Source: Candidatus Hadarchaeota archaeon
GTDB taxonomy: Archaea > Hadarchaeota > Hadarchaeia > Hadarchaeales > JAWBSP01
DNA length: 44,750 nt
NCBI GenBank assembly: GCA_964474885.1
Contig: CAYYWO010000008.1
Span: forward strand, 1 to 44,750
Direction of reading: 5' to 3'
Both the position numbers and the translations under genes were made by a program. The notes under the pieces were generated by a model. It had not been told where the DNA came from and did not search any database. It saw only the letters and a program-made list of their open reading frames with translations. This document shows positions 25,538-34,508 of the stretch, piece after piece (the first letter of the stretch is position 1; every line of letters starts with the position of its first letter).

Positions 25538-27083
25538 CCCGGACGCTCGTGAAAAAAGGACCGCGGATGTCTATCCTTTTCCGGTTGGAGGTCACATAGA
25601 ATTGCAGCGGCTCGTCGAAACTCAGATTGATGTCGCTTGGGAGCTTCACGTTTTTAACCTTGATTTCGACTGAAGGTTCACCCGCCAAGCATGCTTCCTC
25701 TATCTTGCGTGCAGCCAGTAGGGCGAAGGCCCGCATGTAGGTTAGCCCGGTAGGCACGCCTCTCTTCCTCACCTCGCCGAATTCCTCCCAGGGAGGGAGG
25801 CCGATTATGTTTCCTTCACATACGTAGATCTCGTTGAATCCGGCCGGTCCCACGAGCTTCCTGCCGCTTTCTGACTCAAAAATCTCCACGGTTGTTTTCC
25901 TGCCAGCCATCTCTCCCTTCCAAACCTGGAAGCAACACGGGCTCGGCTCGTCTTTTCTCTCCCTTGCCACTTTCTCGATTTCCTGTGCGATGACCTTCCC
26001 CTCAGGGGTTAACGGCTGTAGCTCTGGATGGATCATCTTGGCGAGTTCTTTGTCGTCAAAGGAGGGCTGGCGGTAGAGATAGGGATAGCAGAGGGCGCGG
26101 ATGTCATCCTCACCAGTTTCGATCATGGCCAGCCTTTCCAATCCGATGCCTACGTTGAACACCGGGTAGGGGATGTCGTACTGGGCCAGGGCAATTGGAC
26201 TGTACATCCCCCCATCTCCCACTTCTATGGGCTCCTGAGTTTTTGGGTGACGGACGAAGACCTCAAACTCGGTCCCGGGGGCATAGTATCTGGAAGTTGC
26301 ACGCTTGAACTCGAAGTGGATTTGTGGGTACCCCATCCGCCGCAGGAAGTCACGGGTTATGTCCATCCCTTCTTTCAAGCCAATGTCCTCAGCCATTATC
26401 ACAAGCGAGGCTGTCCATGATTCGTAAAGGTGGGTAGAATCCAGTCTTTGCTCTCGCCGGAACTTGGGGCCGATCGAGAAGAGTTGGAGGGGAAGCGGTT
26501 CTCTCTTCATCATCTCACGGAGGACAGTGAACCAGCCAGCAGTGGTGTGCGAGCGGAGGGTCATATCTGTGGTCTTCGGTTGGAGTCTTCTGAACTCATC
26601 GAAAAGGGAGAGCACCCGGCCCGCCTCGTGTTCGCTCAGTCTGAGCTCCCTCACCAGCGTTTCTGTCAAATCGTCTGGGGAGACCTCACCCAACTTGTAG
26701 CGTCGAAAGATGTTCTGCAGTTTCTCGACATCCAGCTGAGGGGAGATTTCTCGGAGCTTTCTCTTCTTCTCCTCGCTGATGCCAATATCGGGTCTTTCGA
26801 GTACCGATAGGAAGAAAACCCTGTCCAAAATGACCGGTGCCTGGGGTCCGTACTGCTTGTAGACCTCAAATTTGTGGACTAGCATGGGGACCAGGGTTTC
26901 CGAAAAGCCCATCTCCAAAAAAGTTTTTCTAGCCCTCTCGATGAGCTTCCAAAGCGGGTGTTCTTTCCTTTTCTGGGTAACTCTGAAGCCACCCTCTTGA
27001 GTTATCAACTTGGAGCCCTCCTGCCAGGCCTCCTCGAAACTTTCCTCCGCTTTCTTTTTCAGCTCCTTAGGGTTGAACTTCAT
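25521..27083 (-). CDS. sepS: O-phosphoserine--tRNA(Cys) ligase (SepRS)
   Basis: KQYGP....ILDR.F.L, RPDIG, TLRSH.T.GWF, FRREQ..D..HL, S.YY.P..E.EV, YSP.AL..Y.I.YPV.N.G.G.ERLAMI and ID.RGP.F motifs. Confidence 0.96.
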   Translation of the reverse strand: MKFNPKELKKKAEESFEEAWQEGSKLITQEGGFRVTQKRKEHPLWKLIERARKTFLEMGFSETLVPMLVHKFEVYKQYGPQAPVILDRVFFLSVLERPDIGISEEKKRKLREISPQLDVEKLQNIFRRYKLGEVSPDDLTETLVRELRLSEHEAGRVLSLFDEFRRLQPKTTDMTLRSHTTAGWFTVLREMMKREPLPLQLFSIGPKFRREQRLDSTHLYESWTASLVIMAEDIGLKEGMDITRDFLRRMGYPQIHFEFKRATSRYYAPGTEFEVFVRHPKTQEPIEVGDGGMYSPIALAQYDIPYPVFNVGIGLERLAMIETGEDDIRALCYPYLYRQPSFDDKELAKMIHPELQPLTPEGKVIAQEIEKVARERKDEPSPCCFQVWKGEMAGRKTTVEIFESESGRKLVGPAGFNEIYVCEGNIIGLPPWEEFGEVRKRGVPTGLTYMRAFALLAARKIEEACLAGEPSVEIKVKNVKLPSDINLSFDEPLQFYVTSNRKRIDIRGPFFTSVRATFEP

Positions 27084-27634
27084 CCTTTAACCTTAGCAAG
27101 GGTGAGATCTCTGCGACTCTCCTCCAAGACCCTTCTCAACACGTCCCTCTTGTGTCTGAGCCCAGGTATGATGCTGTTCGGGTGATCGAAGTTCGAGAGG
27201 AACTGGAATATCTCTTCCATTCTGGCCAGCATTTCTTCTGCATGCTCGACTTTCTGTTTCCTAAGGCTGTCAAGCAAAAGTCTCCTGAGTTCCCCCGTTA
27301 GATCAGCGAGCGCGTTGAGGTAGGCCTCATAGCATACCCCCACCTGTTCAGGTTCCGGGATGTCTTTGCCCTCCAATATCTGGTGCAACATCAAAAACTC
27401 GGCATATTCTTGTTGGGCCACCATGAGCACGCTCGGTGTGGAGTGGGGTGAGCTCTTCTCCAGTTCGTCCAGCTCTTTCTTTATGCGCTGGAGAAGCTTA
27501 CTTGGGGAGCGGCCCCGGTGGAGCATCTCTATCCCCTTCGAGCAAAGCCGCACTATTTTCCTCGATAAATCCTGTGCTCTTCTGAGTTTTCTCTCTCTTT
27601 CGTCGAAGTACCTTCGAATTTTGGTGGCGTTCAT
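27080..27634 (-). CDS. Translin/Trax (C3PO)-family protein
   Basis: LSR.IVR.C...I..LH, AQQEYAE, YL..LAD..GELRR and LR.K.D..R motifs. Confidence 0.88.
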   Translation of the reverse strand: MNATKIRRYFDERERKLRRAQDLSRKIVRLCSKGIEMLHRGRSPSKLLQRIKKELDELEKSSPHSTPSVLMVAQQEYAEFLMLHQILEGKDIPEPEQVGVCYEAYLNALADLTGELRRLLLDSLRKQKVEHAEEMLARMEEIFQFLSNFDHPNSIIPGLRHKRDVLRRVLEESRRDLTLAKVKG

Positions 27635-28053
27635 CCGCTTACTTCTTTCGTTGGTCTTAGAATATTGGTTTTGTGGTAGCGGAATTTGTGAATCATCCCC
27701 TTTTTCTCCAAGTTATTCACGATGGCGCTGAGCTTGGCTTTCGACATATCGACAATCCGGCGCAGATCGTCCTGCCGAACTTCCTTCCGAACGAGTATCT
27801 CCCTCAAGACCTTTTGCTCATCTTCGTTGAGCGAGAGCATAACAACCCTGAGCGTTCTTTCTCTCGCATAGTGTTTGAAGAGGAAGAAAAGAGTGATAGT
27901 CAATCCTCCCACCACTCCGACCATCATGAAGGTGCTGACAATTATCGTTGAGATGTCAATTCCATGAGGACTTACCCAGTACAGCAAACAACCAAAGGAA
28001 ATCTCCACGACTAGGATGAGAACAACAATCGCCACGGCTTCAAGAATTCTCAT
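27631..28053 (-). CDS. Membrane-anchored winged-helix transcriptional regulator
   Basis: Two N-terminal TM helices followed by L.EDEQKVL, Q.DL...SKAKLS.IV..LE.KG.I.K and TN. Confidence 0.82.
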   Translation of the reverse strand: MRILEAVAIVVLILVVEISFGCLLYWVSPHGIDISTIIVSTFMMVGVVGGLTITLFFLFKHYARERTLRVVMLSLNEDEQKVLREILVRKEVRQDDLRRIVDMSKAKLSAIVNNLEKKGMIHKFRYHKTNILRPTKEVSG

Positions 28054-28125
28054 CTCTCATTAGACGGAGGCAGTTTTAACGAGTCCTAAAAAGGGTTTTT
28101 GAACGGATTTGGGGTCAAATCTTCC

Positions 28126-29832
28126 TTATTTTTTCATCAAAACAACTCTGCTCTCAGTAGACTGATCCACTATCTTGTATCCGCAGTGCCGTGAGATTTC
28201 CTGTGCAAACTCCAGCACATCATTGTGCGACGGCATGTTCGTCATCTGCAAGCGATTTCTGGAGAAGCCCACATGCATGTAAGCCTTCGCTTCCACGAAG
28301 TCCGGATTGCTCTTTTCAATCAAGTCTGCATAAAGCTGGGGCTTACACATGTTGAATTCCTTTACAAGAGTAAGCCTGATAACTTTCCGGCAGGAGAAAC
28401 TGTTCAGTAGCTCCAATGATCGCAAGAGTCTGCTCCATCCATCTGGAAGCAGCGGCCTGCATAATTTTCTATAGATTTCCTCCTCCGGTGCGGCTACCGT
28501 TATGTACAGCTGAGTGGGCTCCTCTGAAAGGGCCTGTAGCTTTTCGGGAAAAGTACCGTTGCTTACGACGAACGTGGTGAAGTTTCTCCTTTTGAACTCC
28601 GTGAGGAGCTCCGACAGACGATCATACATGGTTGGCTCTCCAGCTAGGCTTATTGCAGCATGCTTGGGATCTTGTGACTCCTGCCAGCGCTTAGGATCGA
28701 CCTTTGGGTTACCTTTGAAACCGCTCAAGAGTTCCCTCTGTGCCTGAATACTCCTCTCGATTATCTCGACCGGGTCGTCTGGAGGTAATGTCTCCCTGCA
28801 AGTAGCCTCGACCATCCTCCAGCAAAAGAGGCACCGCTGTGAGCAATTGAATAGGGAGGGTGTCATCTGCAGGCACCTCCAGGATGAGATCCCGTAGAAT
28901 TTCGACTTGTAACAGGAGGTGCCCCCTAGCAGGCTGTTTTTGGTCCAGTGGCAAATCTTCACGGCCGAATTCGTTCCGACGATTCTATACCCCTGCTTCA
29001 GGTACCCCTCCACATATTCGGGTCGCACGGGCATGGGAGTTATCGAAAAGGAGCTGAGGGGCTTGGCGCGGATTTCGCTAGCTAAGTTCCCGAGATTCTT
29101 TGCAAGCTCCAGCAAGCCAGCGCTACCGATATAGGCTAGTTTATCACCGGGCTGGGCATCGCCAAACGTCCTCAGAAATCGTGCGGCAAACCTGACGGTC
29201 TTGAATTCGACAAGCAAGCTTTGACCGAGGGGGAAACTGACTATGCGCTGGGGGATGTTTGTTACAAGATTACCGAATCGGTCGATGTGCAAAATTGAGC
29301 CAGTAATTCTTCGACCAGTCAGCTCGGCTTGAGGTATTTCCAGTTTGGTGTAACCAGTTTTGGGTCCCACTAAACTAATCTCTATTCCCTTGCTCAACCA
29401 TGCAGCTACCGGGGCCAGTATGTCCCTCCCGTGAAAGGTCGGTGAGATTTCTTGCCGCAAAAACTCGGGGTTCTTGATTTCTCTAACTTCTTCAACACCA
29501 TAGACCTCAGCAACTAAGGTGAGCAAGCCATTGTCTGGTGCCACGAAGCAAAGCCGATTCTTGGTTTGCATGACCACGCACTTCCGCTGGGTTCCTACTC
29601 CAGGATCCACGACAGCCAGAAAGATCGTGCCTGCGGGGAAGGTCATGGAGGCGTTCAGCAGAACAAAAGCCCCTTCTAAAATGTCTCCGCCCCTTATTTC
29701 GTGCGAAATATCGACTATCCGTGCTTCAGGATTGATCGAAAGAATGACCCCTTTAACGGCTCCTACATAGTAGTCCCGTTCACCGAAATCCGTCAGCAGT
29801 GCGATTGTGCGCCTATTTCTTTCTGCGCTCAA
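28126..29832 (-). CDS. taw1: Fusion: DUF62 SAM hydroxide adenosyltransferase + 4-demethylwyosine synthase Taw1/TYW1
   Basis: N-half LLTDFG, VVDPGVG, APDNG, TFHGRD, IDRFGN. C-half CHW, CYK..FYG..S.RC, CxxxCxxC, H.AISL.GEP, KAYM.VG.SR. No stop between the halves. Confidence 0.92.
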   Translation of the reverse strand: MSAERNRRTIALLTDFGERDYYVGAVKGVILSINPEARIVDISHEIRGGDILEGAFVLLNASMTFPAGTIFLAVVDPGVGTQRKCVVMQTKNRLCFVAPDNGLLTLVAEVYGVEEVREIKNPEFLRQEISPTFHGRDILAPVAAWLSKGIEISLVGPKTGYTKLEIPQAELTGRRITGSILHIDRFGNLVTNIPQRIVSFPLGQSLLVEFKTVRFAARFLRTFGDAQPGDKLAYIGSAGLLELAKNLGNLASEIRAKPLSSFSITPMPVRPEYVEGYLKQGYRIVGTNSAVKICHWTKNSLLGGTSCYKSKFYGISSWRCLQMTPSLFNCSQRCLFCWRMVEATCRETLPPDDPVEIIERSIQAQRELLSGFKGNPKVDPKRWQESQDPKHAAISLAGEPTMYDRLSELLTEFKRRNFTTFVVSNGTFPEKLQALSEEPTQLYITVAAPEEEIYRKLCRPLLPDGWSRLLRSLELLNSFSCRKVIRLTLVKEFNMCKPQLYADLIEKSNPDFVEAKAYMHVGFSRNRLQMTNMPSHNDVLEFAQEISRHCGYKIVDQSTESRVVLMKK

Positions 29833-31360
29833 ACCACTGGTTTATACCATTTATCATGGCTTGGACACTGGCGAGGACAACGTCCTCCGACACGCCCCTG
29901 GCCAAGTAAAGATCCCCGTTTTCATCCCTGAGCTTTATGGTCACATCCGCGAGGGCGTCACTGCCCCCGGTTATGGCATCCAAGTGAAACTCAACGAGTT
30001 CCAGCCTTGAGACCTCGCTTATGATGCTGGCGATGGCTTTCAGGGCAGCATCTACTGGACCCACTCCTGTTGCAGAGCCAACCTTCGGCTCACTGTTGAT
30101 AGATAGCTTGACTGTAGCGGTGGGGGTCACCTTGTTTCCTGTGGTAACGGTTACCTCGCTGAGCTCCACAGCCTTCTTCTCCTTGGGCAGGCTACCGACC
30201 GTGGCCTCGGCTATCGCCTTCAGGTCCACAAGGGTTACTGTCTTTCCCTTGTCCCCGAGCTCCTTGACCTTCCTTGTGATCTCCGCTAGCTGAGCGGGTG
30301 TGACTTTGATCCCCAATTCCTCTAGCTGCCTCTCAACTGAGTGTATACCAGTGTGTTTTCCCAGCACGAGTCTCCGATGGGCACCGACGAGTTCGGGGGA
30401 AAGGGGTTCATAGGTTCCAGGGAACTGAAGCACCCCGTGGACATGTATCCCCGACTCGTGGGCGAAGGCGTTATCACCCACTATCGGCTTGTGGGGTTGG
30501 ACGGGTATCCGCGTCAGCCTCCTAACGAGGTCGGAGGTTTCCACCAGCATCTCGGTTCTGACCCTAGGCCTGATGTTGTAAAAAGCCCTGAGCCCCATAA
30601 CCACTTCCTCGAGGGCGGCATTCCCCGCCCTCTCCCCAAGTCCGTTGACCGTCACGTGAACCTGTTCCGCCCCGGCCTCCACACCAGCTAGGGAGTTCGC
30701 TACCGCCATTCCCAAGTCGTTATGGCAGTGGACACTGATGGGGATTTTGAGGTGTTTTTTGAGCTCGCTTATAAGCCAAAACATCGCCCTAGGGGTCATG
30801 ACACCCACGGTGTCGGGGACGTTTATTATGTCCGCCCCCGCCCTCTCGGCGGCTAGGTAAACCTCCCGCAGGAAGGAGAAGTCCGTCCTCGTCGCATCCT
30901 CCGCGGAGAATTCTACTTTCACTCCACGGGATTTGGTGTACTCTACCCACTTCATAGCGGTTTCGAGCACCTGCTCTCTAGTCATCCTGAGCTTGTGCCT
31001 GAGGTGAATGTCCGAGGTAGCTATGAAAACGTGAACACGGTCGACACCACAATCTATTGCGGTGTCGATGTCCTCCTGCCTGCATCTCGCAAGTCCGCAT
31101 ATTTCTGCCTCCAAACCTTGTTTTGCGATTGCGGTCACCGCTTCCTTCTCCCCCTGTGAGGCTATGGGGAATCCTGCCTCGATAACGTCAACTCCCAGCT
31201 TGTCCAATTGTTTGGCAATAGTGAGTTTCTGTTGAGGGGTTAGCGAAACGCCTGGAGTCTGTTCACCGTCTCTGAGAGTGGTGTCGAAAATCCTAACCTC
31301 CCTTGGTAGACGCAATTGGCTCTCTACCCTCTTGATGTAGTCTCCGACGGCGATTTCCAT
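29813..31360 (-). CDS. leuA: 2-isopropylmalate synthase (archaeal LeuA type)
   Basis: DTTLRDGEQ, EAGFP, H.HND.G, GERAGN and a C-terminal regulatory domain with G.GPVDA. N-terminal extension is typical of archaeal LeuA; paralog assignment is inference. Confidence 0.8.
   Translation of the reverse strand: MEIAVGDYIKRVESQLRLPREVRIFDTTLRDGEQTPGVSLTPQQKLTIAKQLDKLGVDVIEAGFPIASQGEKEAVTAIAKQGLEAEICGLARCRQEDIDTAIDCGVDRVHVFIATSDIHLRHKLRMTREQVLETAMKWVEYTKSRGVKVEFSAEDATRTDFSFLREVYLAAERAGADIINVPDTVGVMTPRAMFWLISELKKHLKIPISVHCHNDLGMAVANSLAGVEAGAEQVHVTVNGLGERAGNAALEEVVMGLRAFYNIRPRVRTEMLVETSDLVRRLTRIPVQPHKPIVGDNAFAHESGIHVHGVLQFPGTYEPLSPELVGAHRRLVLGKHTGIHSVERQLEELGIKVTPAQLAEITRKVKELGDKGKTVTLVDLKAIAEATVGSLPKEKKAVELSEVTVTTGNKVTPTATVKLSINSEPKVGSATGVGPVDAALKAIASIISEVSRLELVEFHLDAITGGSDALADVTIKLRDENGDLYLARGVSEDVVLASVQAMINGINQWFERRKK
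30435..30505. repeat. Left arm of a perfect 71-bp inverted repeat (inside leuA)
   Basis: Its reverse complement is identical to 32205-32275. Confidence 0.95.
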
Positions 31361-31379
31361 CAACAAAGGGAAATCCGGG

Positions 31380-31387
31380 TTTAATTA
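31380..31387. promoter_or_regulatory. Candidate shared bidirectional TATA box for leuA and cimA
   Basis: TTTAATTA begins 27 nt before the cimA ATG; its complement TAATTAAA begins 27 nt before the leuA ATG. Confidence 0.5.
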
Positions 31388-31406
31388 CAGCCGATGAGTG
31401 GTTTAA

Positions 31407-32876
31407 ATGAAGCTCAAAATATTGGACTCGACATTAAGGGACGGGGAGCAGACGCCCGGCGTGGCCTTCACACCAGAGCAGAAACTCGAGATAGCGAAAG
31501 CCCTAGACGAACTCGGTGTGGACATAATAGAGGCTGGTTCACCCGCTACCTCGGAAGGAGAGAGAAAGGCAATCAGGATGATTTCGGGCGAGGGGCTGAA
31601 TGCCGAAATTTGCGCCTTCTGTCGATGCCTCAGGCAGGATGTTGATCTGGCTCTCCAGTGCGAGGTGAACTCAATTCACTTGGTCATCCCGACCTCTGAC
31701 GTACATCTTCGAGCAAGACTTCAGAAGACGCGGGAGCAAGCGAAGGAGATGGCATTAGAAGCCTTGGATTATGCCCTCAAACACGGACTGGTGGTGGAAT
31801 TCTCAGCCGAGGACGCAACGAGATCTGATAGGAGGTTTTTGTTCGAGCTTCTCAAGGAAGGCTTGAAAGCGGGTGCACACCGCGTCTGCATATGTGATAC
31901 AGTCGGGGTGCTCACTCCCCAGAAGTGTTATGACCTCTTCTCGGCCGCCACAAAAGAATTAAGAGCACCGATAGCTGCACACTGTCATAATGACTTCGGG
32001 ATGGCAACCGCCAACACCCTTGCCGCCATCCGCGCTGGAGCCTCCGAGGCTCATGTGACGATAAATGGCCTGGGGGAGAGAGCGGGGAACGCGTCTTTAG
32101 AGGAGGTGGTACTAGCACTTGAGGAGCTAGAGGGTGTAAGGACTGGGATAAATCTGGACAAGATATATCAAGTTTCCAAACTCGTCGAAAAATACTCCAA
32201 AGTTCCCGTCCAACCCCACAAGCCGATAGTGGGTGATAACGCCTTCGCCCACGAGTCGGGGATACATGTCCACGGCATTCTAGCAGATCCATCGACTTAC
32301 GAGCCTTTCCGGCCCGAGACCGTCGGCAGAGAGAGGAAACTCATATTCGGCAAACATACAGGTTCACATGCCGTCGAGGAGCAGTTGCTCAGGTGGGGCA
32401 TGAAGCCCTCCAAGGATCAAGTAAAAAGGATACTTTCTGAGCTGAAGAAGCTAGGTGACTTGGGTAAAGTAGTGACCGATTCTGAACTCAGGGCTATTGC
32501 TGCCGAGGTAATGGGGCACCCCTTGCCGGAAGCTGTCAAACTAGAAGAGCTAACAGTGGTAACCGGGAACAAGATTACTCCCACAGCTTCTGCTCGATTG
32601 AAATTCAAGGAAAGGGAGCTGGTTTCATCTGGGGTAGGAGTAGGGCCAGTTGATGCAGCCATGAATGCTATAGGGAGGGTCTTAGAGGAAGTAACAAATA
32701 TCCAGCTACTCGAGTATCACGTCGATGCCATCTCAGGTGGAACGGATGCCGTTGTTGATGTGATTGTAAAACTAACTGATGGCAAACGCATTGTGACCGC
32801 GAGAGGTGTCAGCGGGGATATTATAATGGCAAGTGTTAGAGCTTTATTGGACGGTGTGAACACTCTCCTCAGTTGA
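31407..32876 (+). CDS. cimA: (R)-citramalate synthase (archaeal CimA type)
   Basis: D.TLRDGEQ, EAGS..TS.GE, LNAEIC.F.R, HLV.PTS and a C-terminal regulatory domain. Paralog assignment is inference. Confidence 0.8.
   Translation: MKLKILDSTLRDGEQTPGVAFTPEQKLEIAKALDELGVDIIEAGSPATSEGERKAIRMISGEGLNAEICAFCRCLRQDVDLALQCEVNSIHLVIPTSDVHLRARLQKTREQAKEMALEALDYALKHGLVVEFSAEDATRSDRRFLFELLKEGLKAGAHRVCICDTVGVLTPQKCYDLFSAATKELRAPIAAHCHNDFGMATANTLAAIRAGASEAHVTINGLGERAGNASLEEVVLALEELEGVRTGINLDKIYQVSKLVEKYSKVPVQPHKPIVGDNAFAHESGIHVHGILADPSTYEPFRPETVGRERKLIFGKHTGSHAVEEQLLRWGMKPSKDQVKRILSELKKLGDLGKVVTDSELRAIAAEVMGHPLPEAVKLEELTVVTGNKITPTASARLKFKERELVSSGVGVGPVDAAMNAIGRVLEEVTNIQLLEYHVDAISGGTDAVVDVIVKLTDGKRIVTARGVSGDIIMASVRALLDGVNTLLS
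32205..32275. repeat. Right arm of the perfect 71-bp inverted repeat (inside cimA)
   Basis: cccgtccaaccccacaagccgatagtgggtgataacgccttcgcccacgagtcggggatacatgtccacgg. Confidence 0.95.
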
Positions 32877-33151
32877 TGGAGGAATCGAAGATTAGACTAC
32901 CAAAGGAGGGAGAGGTTCTTGGCGTGGTGGAACAGATGCTAGGTTTTGATAGACTCAGTGTGAGATGCAAAGATGGTCATGTTAGGGTTTGTCGCATCCC
33001 GGGCCGCTTAAAAAAACGTATGTGGATGAGCGAGGGAGATGTAGTGCTCGTCAAACCATGGATAGTTCAGTCTGACGAAAAGGGGGACATAGTCACCGTT
33101 TATAGTAAGGCAGAAGTTGAAATACTCAGGAAAATGAAGTTGCTGGAGTAA
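32876..33151 (+). CDS. eif1a: Translation initiation factor aIF-1A
   Basis: RLP..GEV.GVV..MLG, C.DG..R.CRIPG...KR.W..EGD.V.V.PW and KGDI motifs. Confidence 0.96.
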   Translation: MEESKIRLPKEGEVLGVVEQMLGFDRLSVRCKDGHVRVCRIPGRLKKRMWMSEGDVVLVKPWIVQSDEKGDIVTVYSKAEVEILRKMKLLE

Positions 33152-33153
33152 AA

Positions 33154-33909
33154 TTGGCTGACCTACCTTGGTTCAAGGGGAAGAGGAAGTTTGAGAGAAT
33201 CGAAAAAGATGCCGACCGGTACAAGATTTTGGATAGGGTTTTTGACCAGTCGACTCTGTTAACGGTTTATGACTTGATAAAAAAAGGAGTGATTGAGAAG
33301 TTTCAAGGAATTGTGAGCGCGGGAAAAGAAGCAGATATCTTCAGTGCTCTGAGTCCTGAGGGTTCGTATCTCGCGGTCAAGATATACAGGATTGCGACCA
33401 CGGATTTCAAGCGAAAATTCGAGTACATTTCTACTGATCCTAGATTCCATAAGGTAAGGAGAAGTAGAAAAGCGGTTGTTTATGCTTGGGTCTCCCGTGA
33501 ATTCAAGAATTTGGTCAGAGCCCAGGAAGCTGGAGTTTCGGCTCCCCAGCCTATATCCTTTGCCAACAACGTCCTTGTGATGGAATTCATCGGAGAGGGT
33601 GGGATCCCTTATCCTAGGATGGTTGATTCAGCTCCCCCCGAGCCCGACACAGCCTTTAGACAGATCATCGAAAATGTGAAAAAACTGTACAGAGTTGGCA
33701 GACTAGTCCATGCCGACCTGAGTGAGTACAACATCTTGGTGACCCCTGATCCCGTACTAATAGATTTCTCGATGGCCACAGATATCAGCAACCCGGTAGC
33801 CAGAGATCTCTTGGTTCGAGATCTATCGAAGATCCTGAATTATTTTAGGAAGTTTGAGGTGGATCTGCCTTCCTTGGAGGATTTGTTTCGGGAAGTGACC
33901 CAAGACTAA
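33154..33909 (+). CDS. rio1: RIO1 atypical serine kinase
   Basis: GKEA, AVKIY, W..REF.NL and LVHADLSEYN..IDF motifs; conserved eif1a-rio1-dim2 order. Confidence 0.95.
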   Translation: MADLPWFKGKRKFERIEKDADRYKILDRVFDQSTLLTVYDLIKKGVIEKFQGIVSAGKEADIFSALSPEGSYLAVKIYRIATTDFKRKFEYISTDPRFHKVRRSRKAVVYAWVSREFKNLVRAQEAGVSAPQPISFANNVLVMEFIGEGGIPYPRMVDSAPPEPDTAFRQIIENVKKLYRVGRLVHADLSEYNILVTPDPVLIDFSMATDISNPVARDLLVRDLSKILNYFRKFEVDLPSLEDLFREVTQD

Positions 33910-33932
33910 AACCAAACACCCATAAGTAAATA

Positions 33933-34508
33933 GTGGCTGAGACACGACTGCTCATTCCTAAGGACAGGATTGGTGTCGTTATCGGAAAGGGGGGAGAAGT
34001 AAAACACCAAATCGAGGAAAAGCTAGGGGTCAAGGTAGAAATCGACAGCCGAGAGGGGGAAATCTTGATCAGGGGATCCGACCAGAACCCCCTCTCGGTG
34101 CTCAGGGCCAAGGAGATCTTCCTCGCCATGGGGAGAGGTTTCAGTCCCGAGAGGGCTTTTCGTTTGCTGGATGAGTCCCAGTACCTGCAGGTTCTGAACT
34201 TGACTGATTACGTTTCCGAGAATGCACTCCAAAGGATTCGAGGAAGGCTCATCGGGCAAAGAGGCAAGACGAGAAGGGCTATAGAAGAGAGTTTAAACGT
34301 GTATGTCTCGATTTACGGAAAAACCGTCTCGATCATAGGGGATCCTCAGGCTGTGAAGATGGCTACCCAAGCGGTTGAGATGCTTGTGAGAGGTGCTCAG
34401 CATTCCACCGTCTACAAGTTTCTTGATAAGGCCAGGAAGGAGCTCAAAGAAATGTCAAAGCTCCAAGCTCTTGGAAAGTCTCCGGTAGATTTTCCTCAAC
34501 AAAGTTAG
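33933..34508 (+). CDS. KH-domain rRNA processing protein (Dim2/Pno1)
   Basis: IPKDRIGV.IGK.G, A.GRGFSPE.A, GR.IG..G.TR and G..H..VY motifs. Confidence 0.93.
   Translation: MAETRLLIPKDRIGVVIGKGGEVKHQIEEKLGVKVEIDSREGEILIRGSDQNPLSVLRAKEIFLAMGRGFSPERAFRLLDESQYLQVLNLTDYVSENALQRIRGRLIGQRGKTRRAIEESLNVYVSIYGKTVSIIGDPQAVKMATQAVEMLVRGAQHSTVYKFLDKARKELKEMSKLQALGKSPVDFPQQS

Noticed and set aside
28126-29832. Fluorinase/chlorinase activity for the DUF62 domain
   Set aside because: TFHGRD carries the His of the hydroxide-transferring subfamily rather than the TFY(S/G) of halogenases.
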